Source of the DNA: a bacterium
GTDB lineage: Bacteria; SAR324; NAC60-12
Assembly (NCBI GenBank): GCA_965233585.1
Contig: CBDDTI010000295.1
Span: forward strand, 1-64,000
Direction: 5' to 3'
Length of the DNA: 64,000 nt
A program made the position numbers and the translations under genes. The notes below the pieces were generated by a model. It saw only the letters and a list, made by a program, of their open reading frames with translations. It was not told the origin of the DNA and ran no database searches. Every line of letters begins with the position of its first letter. The stretch's first letter is position 1. Below are positions 48,389 to 57,945 of this stretch, piece after piece.

Positions 48389-49489
48389 ATGCCTGAATCT
48401 ATCCTTATTGTTGACGATCAAGAAAACAATCGTTTGGTCATTGAAGATGCCTTGCGAAAAAGAAATCTTGACTTCTCCCATGCCTCTAGTGGTGAAGAAG
48501 CATTAAACATGCTCAATGCTCAAACACCTGACGTGATCTTGATGGACCAAATGATGCCCGGTTTAAGTGGCATTCAAACCATTGGACAAATTAAGCAACA
48601 AGAAAGGCTGATGGATATACCCATTTTGATGATCACAGCCCGTGATGACACGGCAACACTCAAAAAAGCATTTGATGCAGGGGCATCAGATTACATTGTC
48701 AAACCCATAGAACCTGTTACACTCAATGCCCGAGTCAGTGCGGCATTGAAAACAAAATTTGCACTGGAACAAGAAAAGACATTGACCAAAGAATTGGAAA
48801 GTCAAAAGCGTGAGCTTTCCAAATTTGTGCATGTCGTCAGCCATGATCTGAAGTCTCCCGCCGCCAGCGCTGCCAGTTTGTTTAACTTCTTCCTGTTCCG
48901 TATCAAAACAGACTATCCTGACCTAGTCAACAATCCAGACTATCAAGAAATTTTGCAACGGATACCAAGCTCATTGCAGCGCATGTTAGATTTTGTTGAT
49001 GTGACTTTGGAATATGCCACAGCAGGCAAAACAGTTGGCAAACTCGTACCAACGCCAATGCAAGACATTGTCAATGAAGTACTACAAGACCTTGCAGATG
49101 CTCTCAACCAACCATTGATTTCTATTGAGATACAAGATGATTTTCCTGAAGTTTTGTGTGATTCTTTGAAAATCAAGCAAGTCTGGCAGAATTTACTTGC
49201 AAATGCGGTCAAATACCGTGTGAAAGACCGAATGACTCATTTGCATTTAGGTTGGAAAGAAAGCGGGACAGGCTATGCGTTTTGTGTGCAAGATAATGGT
49301 GTTGGCATTCCAGAAGATGCCAGAGAAAGCATTTTTGAACCCTTTGTCAGACTAGATAATTCACAAGAAGGTTCAGGAGTAGGGCTTGCCACCGTGCAAC
49401 AAATTATCGTTGCTCATCAAGGTCAAATTTCTGTTGACCCAAATTACACACAAGGCACAAGAATTTGGTTTACACTGGCTCGGTTGTAG
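48389..49489 (+). CDS. Hybrid response regulator / sensor histidine kinase
   Basis: REC domain (ILIVDD, DQMMP, KP) + SHDLKSP, NLLANAVKY, DNGVGI and GSGVGL motifs. Confidence 0.95.
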   Translation: MPESILIVDDQENNRLVIEDALRKRNLDFSHASSGEEALNMLNAQTPDVILMDQMMPGLSGIQTIGQIKQQERLMDIPILMITARDDTATLKKAFDAGASDYIVKPIEPVTLNARVSAALKTKFALEQEKTLTKELESQKRELSKFVHVVSHDLKSPAASAASLFNFFLFRIKTDYPDLVNNPDYQEILQRIPSSLQRMLDFVDVTLEYATAGKTVGKLVPTPMQDIVNEVLQDLADALNQPLISIEIQDDFPEVLCDSLKIKQVWQNLLANAVKYRVKDRMTHLHLGWKESGTGYAFCVQDNGVGIPEDARESIFEPFVRLDNSQEGSGVGLATVQQIIVAHQGQISVDPNYTQGTRIWFTLARL

Positions 49490-49533
49490 TTGTCTTAATT
49501 CTTTTCATTCATCACAAAATCTAAACTCATCTT

Positions 49534-50307
49534 ATGAGACCACTTCAGAAAATTATAGAGTCTTCTAAGGTTCAGAAAGTCATCATTGCTCTCATCGTCA
49601 TCAATGCCATCATTCTTGGAATTGAAACGATTGAGATGCCCGAAAATTTATACACATTTTTTGTTTGGATAGATCATTTGATTCTGGCAGTTTTTGTTCT
49701 GGAGATTGTTGCTAAACTACTGGTGTATCGCTTTGCATTCTTTAAAAATTTTTGGAATCTTTTTGATTTAGCGATTGTGTCCATTTCACTTGTTCCTTCA
49801 GCTGGAGCATTATCGGTCTTACGTGCATTGCGTGTGTTGAGAGTCTTGCGTCTGATTTCTACGGTATCCAGCTTGAGACGCGTGATTGAGGCACTCATTC
49901 GTTCTATACCAGGTCTAGGCTCTGTCACAATTATCATGGGCTTGATCTTTTATGTGTTTGCTGTCATTGGAACAAACCTATATCAAGATGATTTTCCCCA
50001 ATGGTTTGGCAGTTTAGGCAAGACGATGTACAGCCTGTTCCAAATTATGACACTAGAAAGCTGGTCAATGGGCATTGTGAGACCTGTGATGGAAAAATTC
50101 CCGATGGCTTGGTTTTTCTTTATTCCCTACATTCTTATCACCACTTTCACCATTGTCAATTTGTTCATTGCCATCATTGTCAGCTCTATGCAAGAACATA
50201 CAACAGAAGAAGATGCACAGCAAAAAATTGACCTAGAAAAACGACTTGACACAATGGAAAAACGGATTTTAGAAGAATTACAAAAATCTTTGAACTTGAA
50301 AAAATAG
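49534..50307 (+). CDS. Bacterial voltage-gated sodium channel (BacNav)
   Basis: Six TM segments, S4 RALRVLRVLRLIS and selectivity filter TLESWS. Confidence 0.95.
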   Translation: MRPLQKIIESSKVQKVIIALIVINAIILGIETIEMPENLYTFFVWIDHLILAVFVLEIVAKLLVYRFAFFKNFWNLFDLAIVSISLVPSAGALSVLRALRVLRVLRLISTVSSLRRVIEALIRSIPGLGSVTIIMGLIFYVFAVIGTNLYQDDFPQWFGSLGKTMYSLFQIMTLESWSMGIVRPVMEKFPMAWFFFIPYILITTFTIVNLFIAIIVSSMQEHTTEEDAQQKIDLEKRLDTMEKRILEELQKSLNLKK

Positions 50308-50625
50308 TGTCATTCCAACAGGTGCAGAAAAATTAGACAAAGTTCTTGTTTCAGGTTAGTCTTGCTGGGTTTCATAACACCTGTGAATGATGACTTAAAC
50401 AATCACATCACACAGAATCACTGGCTTACAAAAAACTCTTTTTTGAGAAATTCCAGAATTTTGTCTTTTAGATAGAAGTTTGTTAGGCTGTGTGAATGAA
50501 AACTTTTTTACCGCTTACTTCATTTTTAGCTTGATGGATTTAACAAATGGCATCACATACCCTCATTGACTCCTGACAACAACACATGCAGAAAACTTTG
50601 GTTTTTTCTTTTTTAGGAATTTGTT

Positions 50626-50805
50626 ATGAGAGACGTTTTTTTACAACAAATGAACGCATGCCTTGCTGGAATTGGAGGAGGTTTTGCGTATCTGCTAAGC
50701 AATCAAAGAGAGTTTACAGTGGAAGTCATAGCGGGAATGGCTTGTCTAACCATAAGCTATGTACTGCTATACTTCAAAATTCAAAACATAAAGGAGGACA
50801 AATGA
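50626..50805 (+). CDS. Small 2-TM hypothetical protein (59 aa; not in the ORF track)
   Basis: AGGA RBS; MRDVFLQQMNACLAGIGGGFAYLLSNQREFTVEVIAGMACLTISYVLLYFKIQNIKEDK. Confidence 0.55.
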   Translation: MRDVFLQQMNACLAGIGGGFAYLLSNQREFTVEVIAGMACLTISYVLLYFKIQNIKEDK

Positions 50806-50891
50806 CAGGATATTTTATGCTAGGATTGATCATCATATTTTCATCAATCTGTATTCACAATGCAATCAAAAACGGAAAGAAAAAAGACTAA
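50802..50891 (+). CDS. Small 1-TM peptide (29 aa)
   Basis: AAGGAGG RBS and ATGA overlap with the previous stop; MTGYFMLGLIIIFSSICIHNAIKNGKKKD. Confidence 0.55.
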   Translation: MTGYFMLGLIIIFSSICIHNAIKNGKKKD

Positions 50892-51064
50892 GTCTTAGGA
50901 TTATCTGACTTGGTTTTTTTAATCTTCCTAAATCAACAGCATGAAACAAATCATCTAATTGATCAGGTATCAGATCATACGCATGTCTTTGTCCAATCTG
51001 ATAATCAGTCAAATGAAGTTGACATCATTTAAATAAATCGGTTATCTTTGTTGATTTTTACAAA

Positions 51065-51925
51065 ATGTCTCACTTGACTCCCATAGACTATACTACCCCA
51101 GATGCCAGTCAACGATTTGTAGAGTCGTTGTATCATACTGGTTTTGGTGTTTTGAAAAACCACCCACTTTGTATTGATGAAGTCCAGTTGATTTATCAGC
51201 AATGGCATACGTTTTTCCAAAGTGATGAAAAGGAACGTTACCAATATAACCCTGAAAAGATGGACGGCTTCTTCTCAACTCAAATTTCTGAAACAGCCAA
51301 AGGACACAAGACAAGAGACATCAAAGAGTATTATCACTACTATCCTTGGGGCAGGTGTCCTCCACAGCTTAAAGACATCACACATCGTTATTATGAATCT
51401 ACCAAACTTTTTGCTCAAAAATTACTTGGTTGGATAGAGGAACATTCACCAAAAGAGGTGAGGGAAAGGTATAGTATTCCACTTTCACAAATGCACTCTG
51501 ACAATACTTTACTGAGAATCTTGCACTACCCCCCCCTGCCAGAAGAAAGAAAACCAGATGCTTTGCGTGCTGCTGCCCATGAAGACATCAATCTCATTAC
51601 CATTTTGCCAGCATCAAATGAGCCGGGTTTGCAAGTCAAAACCAAAGATGGTGAGTGGCTGCCAATCCCTTGCGATTTTGGAAACTTGATTGTAAACATT
51701 GGAGACATGTTACAAGAAGCATCAGGGCGATACTTCCCTTCTACTTCGCACCGTGTCATCAATCCTGAGGGTATGGACAAACGCAAGTCTCGTATTTCAT
51801 TGCCACTTTTTTTGCATCCAAATAGTGATGTAGTCTTGTCTGACCAGTACACTGCAGGCAGTTATTTGGAAGAAAGGCTCAAAGAATTGGGAGTCAAGGC
51901 ATCAAGTGCTGGTCAAGATAGTTGA
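51065..51925 (+). CDS. 2OG-Fe(II) oxygenase, isopenicillin N synthase family
   Basis: TGFGVLKNH, LLRILHYP, AHEDIN (HxD), NIGDML, STSHRV and RISLP motifs. Confidence 0.93.
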   Translation: MSHLTPIDYTTPDASQRFVESLYHTGFGVLKNHPLCIDEVQLIYQQWHTFFQSDEKERYQYNPEKMDGFFSTQISETAKGHKTRDIKEYYHYYPWGRCPPQLKDITHRYYESTKLFAQKLLGWIEEHSPKEVRERYSIPLSQMHSDNTLLRILHYPPLPEERKPDALRAAAHEDINLITILPASNEPGLQVKTKDGEWLPIPCDFGNLIVNIGDMLQEASGRYFPSTSHRVINPEGMDKRKSRISLPLFLHPNSDVVLSDQYTAGSYLEERLKELGVKASSAGQDS

Positions 51926-51943
51926 TAAAATTGATAAAATTGA

Positions 51944-51973
51944 TTGACAAAGATGACTTTGCCAATCTATAAT
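51944..51973 (+). promoter_or_regulatory. Putative sigma70 promoter of the BMP gene
   Basis: TTGACA-N18-TATAAT, directly preceded by tandem TTGATAAAA repeats. Confidence 0.7.
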
Positions 51974-52020
51974 CCATCACTCTTTATTTATTGTTAACCT
52001 TATTTCTAAACAGGTATCAA

Positions 52021-53025
52021 ATGAAATTGATTAAGCATATTGTGAAGCTCTCGCTCATCGGGGGCTTGGTTGGGTCTGTCGCTTCTGCTGAGGAATTCAA
52101 ACCGGCAGTCATTTATGACGTAAGTGGCAAGCATGATAAATCTTTTGGCGAGGCTGCCTATAACGGGGCAGAAAGATTCAAAAAGGACACCGGAATCAAA
52201 TACAAAGACTTTGAACCGAGTAAACCAATCCAGATTCAACAAACAATGGAACGTTTTGCCAAGAGGAAATATAGCCCCATTGTGGGCGTTGGCTTTATCC
52301 TTGGACCAATCATGGAAGGAGTGGCAAAAAAGTATCCAGATGTTTCTTTTACCGTGATTGATGCAGTGGTTGATTTGCCTAACGTGCAGTCTGTTCTTTA
52401 CAAGGAACACGAAGGGTCGTTTTTGGTTGGAATGTTAGCCGCGATGAAGTCCAAGACAGGGGTTGTAGGTTTTGTTGGAGGTATGGACATTCCAACTATT
52501 AAGAGGTTTGGTTGTGGATACGAACAAGGAGCCAAGCATGTCAATTCTAACATGCAAGTGATCCATAACATGACAGGTACAGACCATACGGCTTGGAGTA
52601 ATCCGACTCGTGCAGGGGAGTTAGCAAGGGCACAGTTTCAGAAGGGTGCAGATGTCATTTTTGCTGCTGCTGGGGGGTCTGGCTTGGGTGTCTATCAGGC
52701 GGCTAAAGAAGCTGGCAAATATGCAATCGGCGTGGATAGCAACCAAAATTATCTACATCCCGGGACGATGCTGACTTCTATGGTCAAAAGGGTAGACGTT
52801 GGTGTTTACAATTCTTTTAATGATTCCCATCAAGGCAAGTTTCAAGCGGGGGTTGTCACACTCGGTTTGAAAGAAGATGGGGTCGGTTGGGCATATGATC
52901 AATACAACAAAGACTTGATTACAGCTGAAATGAAAGCAAGCGTAGAACAAGCCAGAAAGGACATTATCAGTGGCAAAGTCAAGGTGGTTGACTACATTGC
53001 CAATAACAACAAATGCACCTATTGA
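52021..53025 (+). CDS. BMP/PnrA-family ABC substrate-binding protein (nucleoside-type)
   Basis: DKSF, EHEGSFLVG, GFVGG, GADVIFAAAG, AIGVDSNQ and SMVKRVD motifs. Confidence 0.94.
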   Translation: MKLIKHIVKLSLIGGLVGSVASAEEFKPAVIYDVSGKHDKSFGEAAYNGAERFKKDTGIKYKDFEPSKPIQIQQTMERFAKRKYSPIVGVGFILGPIMEGVAKKYPDVSFTVIDAVVDLPNVQSVLYKEHEGSFLVGMLAAMKSKTGVVGFVGGMDIPTIKRFGCGYEQGAKHVNSNMQVIHNMTGTDHTAWSNPTRAGELARAQFQKGADVIFAAAGGSGLGVYQAAKEAGKYAIGVDSNQNYLHPGTMLTSMVKRVDVGVYNSFNDSHQGKFQAGVVTLGLKEDGVGWAYDQYNKDLITAEMKASVEQARKDIISGKVKVVDYIANNNKCTY

Positions 53026-53218
53026 CTTGACCCAAGCCTGTGTCTTCTCAAAAGTCTCTTGGGATTTTGAGAAAGGTTTAGTGTATCAATCTTTTTTTTC
53101 AGAGGCAGCAAATTAACATCATGCTGTCTTTGGAAATCCACCGAAGCGTCAAATGTTGCAGTGGCAACTCATTAAGCTCTGCAACTATCTACAACCATAA
53201 AAACATGTTGAACAAGCC

Positions 53219-54088
53219 ATGAATCAAAAACAACTACAAGAGAGTTTTCAAAACTTCCATCATGCTGGTTACTGCGTGATAGAAGATGTAGTACCTCAGC
53301 AAGAGTGTCAAAGACTTCAAAAAGAAATAGGTTTGATTGTTGACGGATTTGACACTGATGAAATGGTCTCTGTTTTTAGTGGCAGCGACAAGAAAAAGAG
53401 GAGTGACCAATATTTTCTGACATCAGGAGATACCATTCGTTGCTTTTTTGAAGAAAAGGCATTTGGCAGCGATGGTCAAATGCTGAAAGCCAGAAAAGAA
53501 TGTATCAACAAAGTCGGACATGCGTTGCATGATTTGAACCCTCAATTTGAGTCGTTCTCTTATTCTCACACCATCTCTGAGATTGTGGAACATCTGCCCT
53601 TGAAAGTCCCTCAGATTATCCAGTCCATGTATATTTTCAAACAACCGCGTATTGGTGGGGAGGTTCGCTGCCATCAAGATAGCACCTACTTTCTGACTGA
53701 CCCTTTAAGTGTTGTTGGTTTATGGTTTGCGTTGGAAGATGCTACGTTAGAAAATGGTTGTTTATGGGCAATCCCTGGAGGGCATCACCAGCCTTTGAAA
53801 GAAATCTTTAAAAGAACAGAGGACAATTTGAGTGGATACCATGAAGAACTTGACAGTTCAAGCTGGGACACAGAACAAGCGATTCCTTTGGAAGTGCCTC
53901 AAGGGAGCTTAATCGTCTTGCATGGGCAACTGCCACACTTTAGCAAAGACAATCTTTCTGCAAAAAGTCGTCATGCCTACACGCTCCATTTGGTAGATGG
54001 CTCTGCTCATTATCACGAAACTAATTGGTTGCAACGTCCCAACATCCCTATCCGAGATTTTAAAACGGTTGCCAACTCTCTCACTTAA
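53219..54088 (+). CDS. Phytanoyl-CoA dioxygenase family protein (PHYHD1-like)
   Basis: YFLTSGDTIRCFFEE, INKVGHALH, QSMYIFKQPRIGGEV..HQD, WFALEDATLENGCL and NWLQR motifs. Confidence 0.92.
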   Translation: MNQKQLQESFQNFHHAGYCVIEDVVPQQECQRLQKEIGLIVDGFDTDEMVSVFSGSDKKKRSDQYFLTSGDTIRCFFEEKAFGSDGQMLKARKECINKVGHALHDLNPQFESFSYSHTISEIVEHLPLKVPQIIQSMYIFKQPRIGGEVRCHQDSTYFLTDPLSVVGLWFALEDATLENGCLWAIPGGHHQPLKEIFKRTEDNLSGYHEELDSSSWDTEQAIPLEVPQGSLIVLHGQLPHFSKDNLSAKSRHAYTLHLVDGSAHYHETNWLQRPNIPIRDFKTVANSLT

Positions 54089-54185
54089 TTTGCTCAGATT
54101 TGTTGAGTCCTGTCTAAAAATGACGGAGTCAATTTTTTGAGTTTAAACTACCAATCTACAAATTCCCATTCATTGCTAAAAAGCT

Positions 54186-55739
54186 ATGTCTTCGTCTCTT
54201 GCGATTGAACTGGTTGACGTCTGTAAAACATTCGGTCAGGTGGCTGCTAACAGGAAGGTTCACCTTCAAGTTGAACAAGGGACAATTCACGGCATCATTG
54301 GAGAAAATGGTGCGGGCAAATCTACTTTGATGAATATCCTATATGGCTTTTATCAAGCAGATGGTGGACAAATCAGAGTTCATGGAAGGGAAGTCACCAT
54401 GACAAGCCCCAAAGATGCTATTGAAATTGGGATTGGAATGGTGCATCAACATTTCATGTTGGTAGAGAATTTGACTGTTTTGGAAAATATCATACTTGGT
54501 ACAGAACAAAGCGTTTTGATTCGTCAAAACTTCAAACAAGCAAGACAGGTTCTTGATGAAATTGAGAAGCAATATGGTCTGTCTGTAGATTTAGAAACAA
54601 AGGTAGAAAATCTGTCTGTTGGCGCTCAACAACAAGTAGAAATCCTCAAAACACTTTACCGACAATCTAAAATACTCATTTTAGATGAACCCACTGCGGT
54701 TTTGACACCACAAGAAAGTGAAAAACTTTTTAAAATACTAGAAGCCCTCGCCAAAGGTGACGTGACTGTCATTCTCATCACGCATAAACTCAAAGAAATT
54801 ATGGCAATCACAAATCACGTCACAGTGATGCGTGCGGGTGAAGTCGTGATGAACTCCCCTACTTCTTCAACCAATATAGAAGATCTGGCAACTGTTATGA
54901 TTGGTCGCAAACCCCATACAGAACGTCAGCATAAGCAAAATATTGCCAAAACACTTAAATTCCACGTAGAGGGTCTTTCTTATTCAGACAAAAGGGGTGT
55001 TCAACTCCTGAAAAACATCAATTTAAAAGTCCATACAGGTGAAATTGTAGGAATTGCAGGAGTTTCTGGTAATGGTCAAAGCGAGCTTTTGGAGGTTTTG
55101 ACAGGAATGACCCCTTTTGGAAGTGGGTCATTGACACTGCATCACCAAGACGGTTCTACTACTACCATCACGCCACAGCAACCGATGACTCCCAAGCTGA
55201 TGAGGCAACTCAAAGTGGCACACCTTCCAGAAGACAGACTGAAAACAGCCATCATTAAAGACTTTTGGGCAACTGAAAATGCCATCTTAGGCTATCAGGA
55301 CAACAAAATTTACAATCAAGGTTTATTGATGAATCAAGCCAGTATCTTGGAGGACACCAAAAACAAAATGCAAAATTTTGATGTGCGACCTAGTAATCCT
55401 TGTTTATTGATGAAACATTTTTCTGGTGGCAATCAGCAAAAATTAGTCATTGCCAGAGAATTGTCAGCAAAGCCTGATGTCATCATCATTGGACAGCCCA
55501 CAAGAGGGGTGGATATTGGAGCGATTGAGTTCATTCACGACCAAATGATTCAGATGCGTAACAGTGGCGTTGCTATCATTCTTGTCTCTGTGGAACTAGA
55601 TGAAATCAAGGCACTTTCAGACAGAATTGTCGTGATGTGTCAAGGAGAAATCACAGGTGAAGTCTCTGCCCAAGATGCAGATGAGCAAACTCTTGGGTTG
55701 ATGATGGCAAACGCACTCAAAAGAAAAGAAACAGCATGA
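54186..55739 (+). CDS. Nucleoside/sugar ABC transporter ATP-binding protein (two ABC domains)
   Basis: GENGAGKST, MVHQHF, GVSGNGQ, SGGNQQK and QPTRGVD motifs. Confidence 0.95.
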   Translation: MSSSLAIELVDVCKTFGQVAANRKVHLQVEQGTIHGIIGENGAGKSTLMNILYGFYQADGGQIRVHGREVTMTSPKDAIEIGIGMVHQHFMLVENLTVLENIILGTEQSVLIRQNFKQARQVLDEIEKQYGLSVDLETKVENLSVGAQQQVEILKTLYRQSKILILDEPTAVLTPQESEKLFKILEALAKGDVTVILITHKLKEIMAITNHVTVMRAGEVVMNSPTSSTNIEDLATVMIGRKPHTERQHKQNIAKTLKFHVEGLSYSDKRGVQLLKNINLKVHTGEIVGIAGVSGNGQSELLEVLTGMTPFGSGSLTLHHQDGSTTTITPQQPMTPKLMRQLKVAHLPEDRLKTAIIKDFWATENAILGYQDNKIYNQGLLMNQASILEDTKNKMQNFDVRPSNPCLLMKHFSGGNQQKLVIARELSAKPDVIIIGQPTRGVDIGAIEFIHDQMIQMRNSGVAIILVSVELDEIKALSDRIVVMCQGEITGEVSAQDADEQTLGLMMANALKRKETA

Positions 55740-56848
55740 GCAGCGCCAAGAAAGTCACGCCTCTACCTTCTTACATAGATTACTTTGTCTTACCTCTCAT
55801 TAGCATCGCACTATCCTTCTTTTTTGCAGGGTTGGTCATTCATCTTGTCATTGGCGAAGACCCGATGGAGGCTTTTGGCTATATGTTTACTGGTGTCTTT
55901 GGTTATAGTGAAGGGATTGGATACACGCTTTATTACACCACTAATTTTATTTTTGCAGGATTGGCATTTTGTGTCGCATTTAAAGCATCAATGATCAACA
56001 TCGGTGCTGAAGGACAAGGTTATATTGCTTCTTTAGGAGCATCGGCTGTGATTTTATCAATAGACCAGACTTTGCCTAGTTTGATAGTGATTTTGCTCGG
56101 TATGACTAGTGCTGTGGCATTTGGGGCATTTTGGGCATTTGTACCCGGATACCTTAAAGCAACCAGAAGCTCCCACGAAGTCATCACAACCATCATGTTC
56201 AATTTCATTGCCAATGCTTTGGTGCTTTATGTCATTGTCAATTTTCTAATTCCTGAGGGTTCAGAAAGCACTGTCAGCAGAAAATTTGAACCTGATGTGT
56301 GGCTTGTGGACATGCAAACTATCTTGAGCTGGTTTGGTTTTGAAACTGACAAAACACCTGCAAACCTCAGCTTTTTCATGGCACTACTTGTTGCATTTTT
56401 ACTCTGGATTTATGTTTACAAGACACGATTTGGTTTTGCGATTCGTACGGTGGGGCAAAGTGAAAATGTTGCCAATTATGCAGGGTTAGACACCAAACGT
56501 GTCCAAGTGACTGCCATGTGTATCAGTGGCGGACTAGCAGGAATGATGGCAATCAATGCAGTCATGGGCAGTCAACACCATATGATGTTAGAAATTGTTG
56601 CAGGTGAGGGATTTGTTGGGATTGCAGTGGCATTGATTGGTCGCAATCACCCTTTGGGAATTATCCTATCGGCACTGCTCTTCGGTTTTTTGTATCAAGG
56701 CGGGACAGAAATGTCTTTTGAATTGAGCAATATCTCCAAAGAAATGGTCATCGCCATTCAGGGAATGATTGTGTTTTTTGTGGGAGCTTTGCCATTAGCA
56801 TTTAAAGCACCAATAACCAAAATTTATCATCGCTATTTGACACGCTAA
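55736..56848 (+). CDS. Nucleoside ABC transporter permease
   Basis: NIGAEGQ, HEVITTIMFN and GIAVAL.GRNHP motifs. Confidence 0.93.
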   Translation: MSSAKKVTPLPSYIDYFVLPLISIALSFFFAGLVIHLVIGEDPMEAFGYMFTGVFGYSEGIGYTLYYTTNFIFAGLAFCVAFKASMINIGAEGQGYIASLGASAVILSIDQTLPSLIVILLGMTSAVAFGAFWAFVPGYLKATRSSHEVITTIMFNFIANALVLYVIVNFLIPEGSESTVSRKFEPDVWLVDMQTILSWFGFETDKTPANLSFFMALLVAFLLWIYVYKTRFGFAIRTVGQSENVANYAGLDTKRVQVTAMCISGGLAGMMAINAVMGSQHHMMLEIVAGEGFVGIAVALIGRNHPLGIILSALLFGFLYQGGTEMSFELSNISKEMVIAIQGMIVFFVGALPLAFKAPITKIYHRYLTR

Positions 56849-56868
56849 CCGCCAGCCAAGCTATCTAA

Positions 56869-57846
56869 ATGTTTGAATTATACACAGCATTTTTGCAAAC
56901 CATTGATGCAACATTCAGGCTGTCAACGCCCCTAATTTTGGCATCTATGGCTGGGTTATTGTGTGAACGTTCTGGAATCATCAACATTGGTTTGGAAGGC
57001 AAAATGCTGGGGTCTGCTTTCGCTGCGGCAGCTGTTGCCAGTTTAACTGGAAGTGTCTGGCTTGGCATGTTGTCTGCGATGACGCTGGGAGTCATCTTGG
57101 CATTATTGCATGGACTGGCTTGCATCACTTACAGAGGAGACCAAATTATCTCTGGGGTTGCTATCAATATGCTGATGAGTGGCTTCACTGTTTTGATGAG
57201 TCTTGCCATCTTTTCAACATCTGGTACGACCCCCCAACTTTCAGGAGAAGCTCGCTTTAACCCAATCGGACTTCCATTTGCAGAAGTTTTTGGTAAGATT
57301 CCCGTCCTTGGTCCTATCTACCAAGAAGTCATTTCTGGGCATACCTTCCCAGTTTATGCGGCTTTTCTTTCGGTTGGCGTAGTCGCTTGGGTACTGTATC
57401 GGACGACGTTCGGACTGCACTTACGAGCTGTTGGAGAAAATGCCCAAGCCGTAGAAACTGCTGGAATTTCTGTGTACAAAACAAGATATATGGCATTGGT
57501 GGGGTGTGGCATTTTATGTGGTATTTCAGGGAGCTATTTATCTACTGCACAAAATGCTCAATTTTTAAGAGAAATGAGTGCAGGGCAGGGATACATGGCT
57601 CTGGCTGCTCTCATCTTTGGAAAGTGGCGCCCCAGAACGACACTATTCGGTTGCTTACTCTTTGGGTTTTTAGATGCCCTCTCAGTGCGTTTACAAGGCA
57701 CGTCTTTGCCCTACATGGGCGAAATCCCAGTACAGCTTATCCAAGTACTGCCCTACTTGCTCACCGTCGTTTTATTAGCAGGATTCATTGGCAATGCCAT
57801 TGCTCCTAAAAACATTGGACAGCCCTACGAAAAACAGGCGATTTAA
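56869..57846 (+). CDS. Nucleoside ABC transporter permease
   Basis: ERSGIINIGLEG, LRAVGE, ALAALIFGKWRP and LPYLLT motifs. Confidence 0.93.
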   Translation: MFELYTAFLQTIDATFRLSTPLILASMAGLLCERSGIINIGLEGKMLGSAFAAAAVASLTGSVWLGMLSAMTLGVILALLHGLACITYRGDQIISGVAINMLMSGFTVLMSLAIFSTSGTTPQLSGEARFNPIGLPFAEVFGKIPVLGPIYQEVISGHTFPVYAAFLSVGVVAWVLYRTTFGLHLRAVGENAQAVETAGISVYKTRYMALVGCGILCGISGSYLSTAQNAQFLREMSAGQGYMALAALIFGKWRPRTTLFGCLLFGFLDALSVRLQGTSLPYMGEIPVQLIQVLPYLLTVVLLAGFIGNAIAPKNIGQPYEKQAI

Positions 57847-57896
57847 AGTTAGGAGAGAGGAACGTTTGGAGGAAAATTTGAAAAGGGAAAAAAGGG

Positions 57897-57925
57897 AATG
57901 GCAACGATTGAACATTGCCATTTTG
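57897..57925. terminator. Hairpin between convergent genes (possible bidirectional terminator)
   Basis: AATGGCAA-loop-TTGCCATT followed by a T-run. Confidence 0.5.
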
Positions 57926-57945
57926 TTTGAAAGTCTTGAAGTCTT

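Noticed and set aside
50586..50891. 101-aa ORF from the track
   Set aside because: Better explained by two smaller RBS-bearing ORFs (50626-50805 and 50802-50891).
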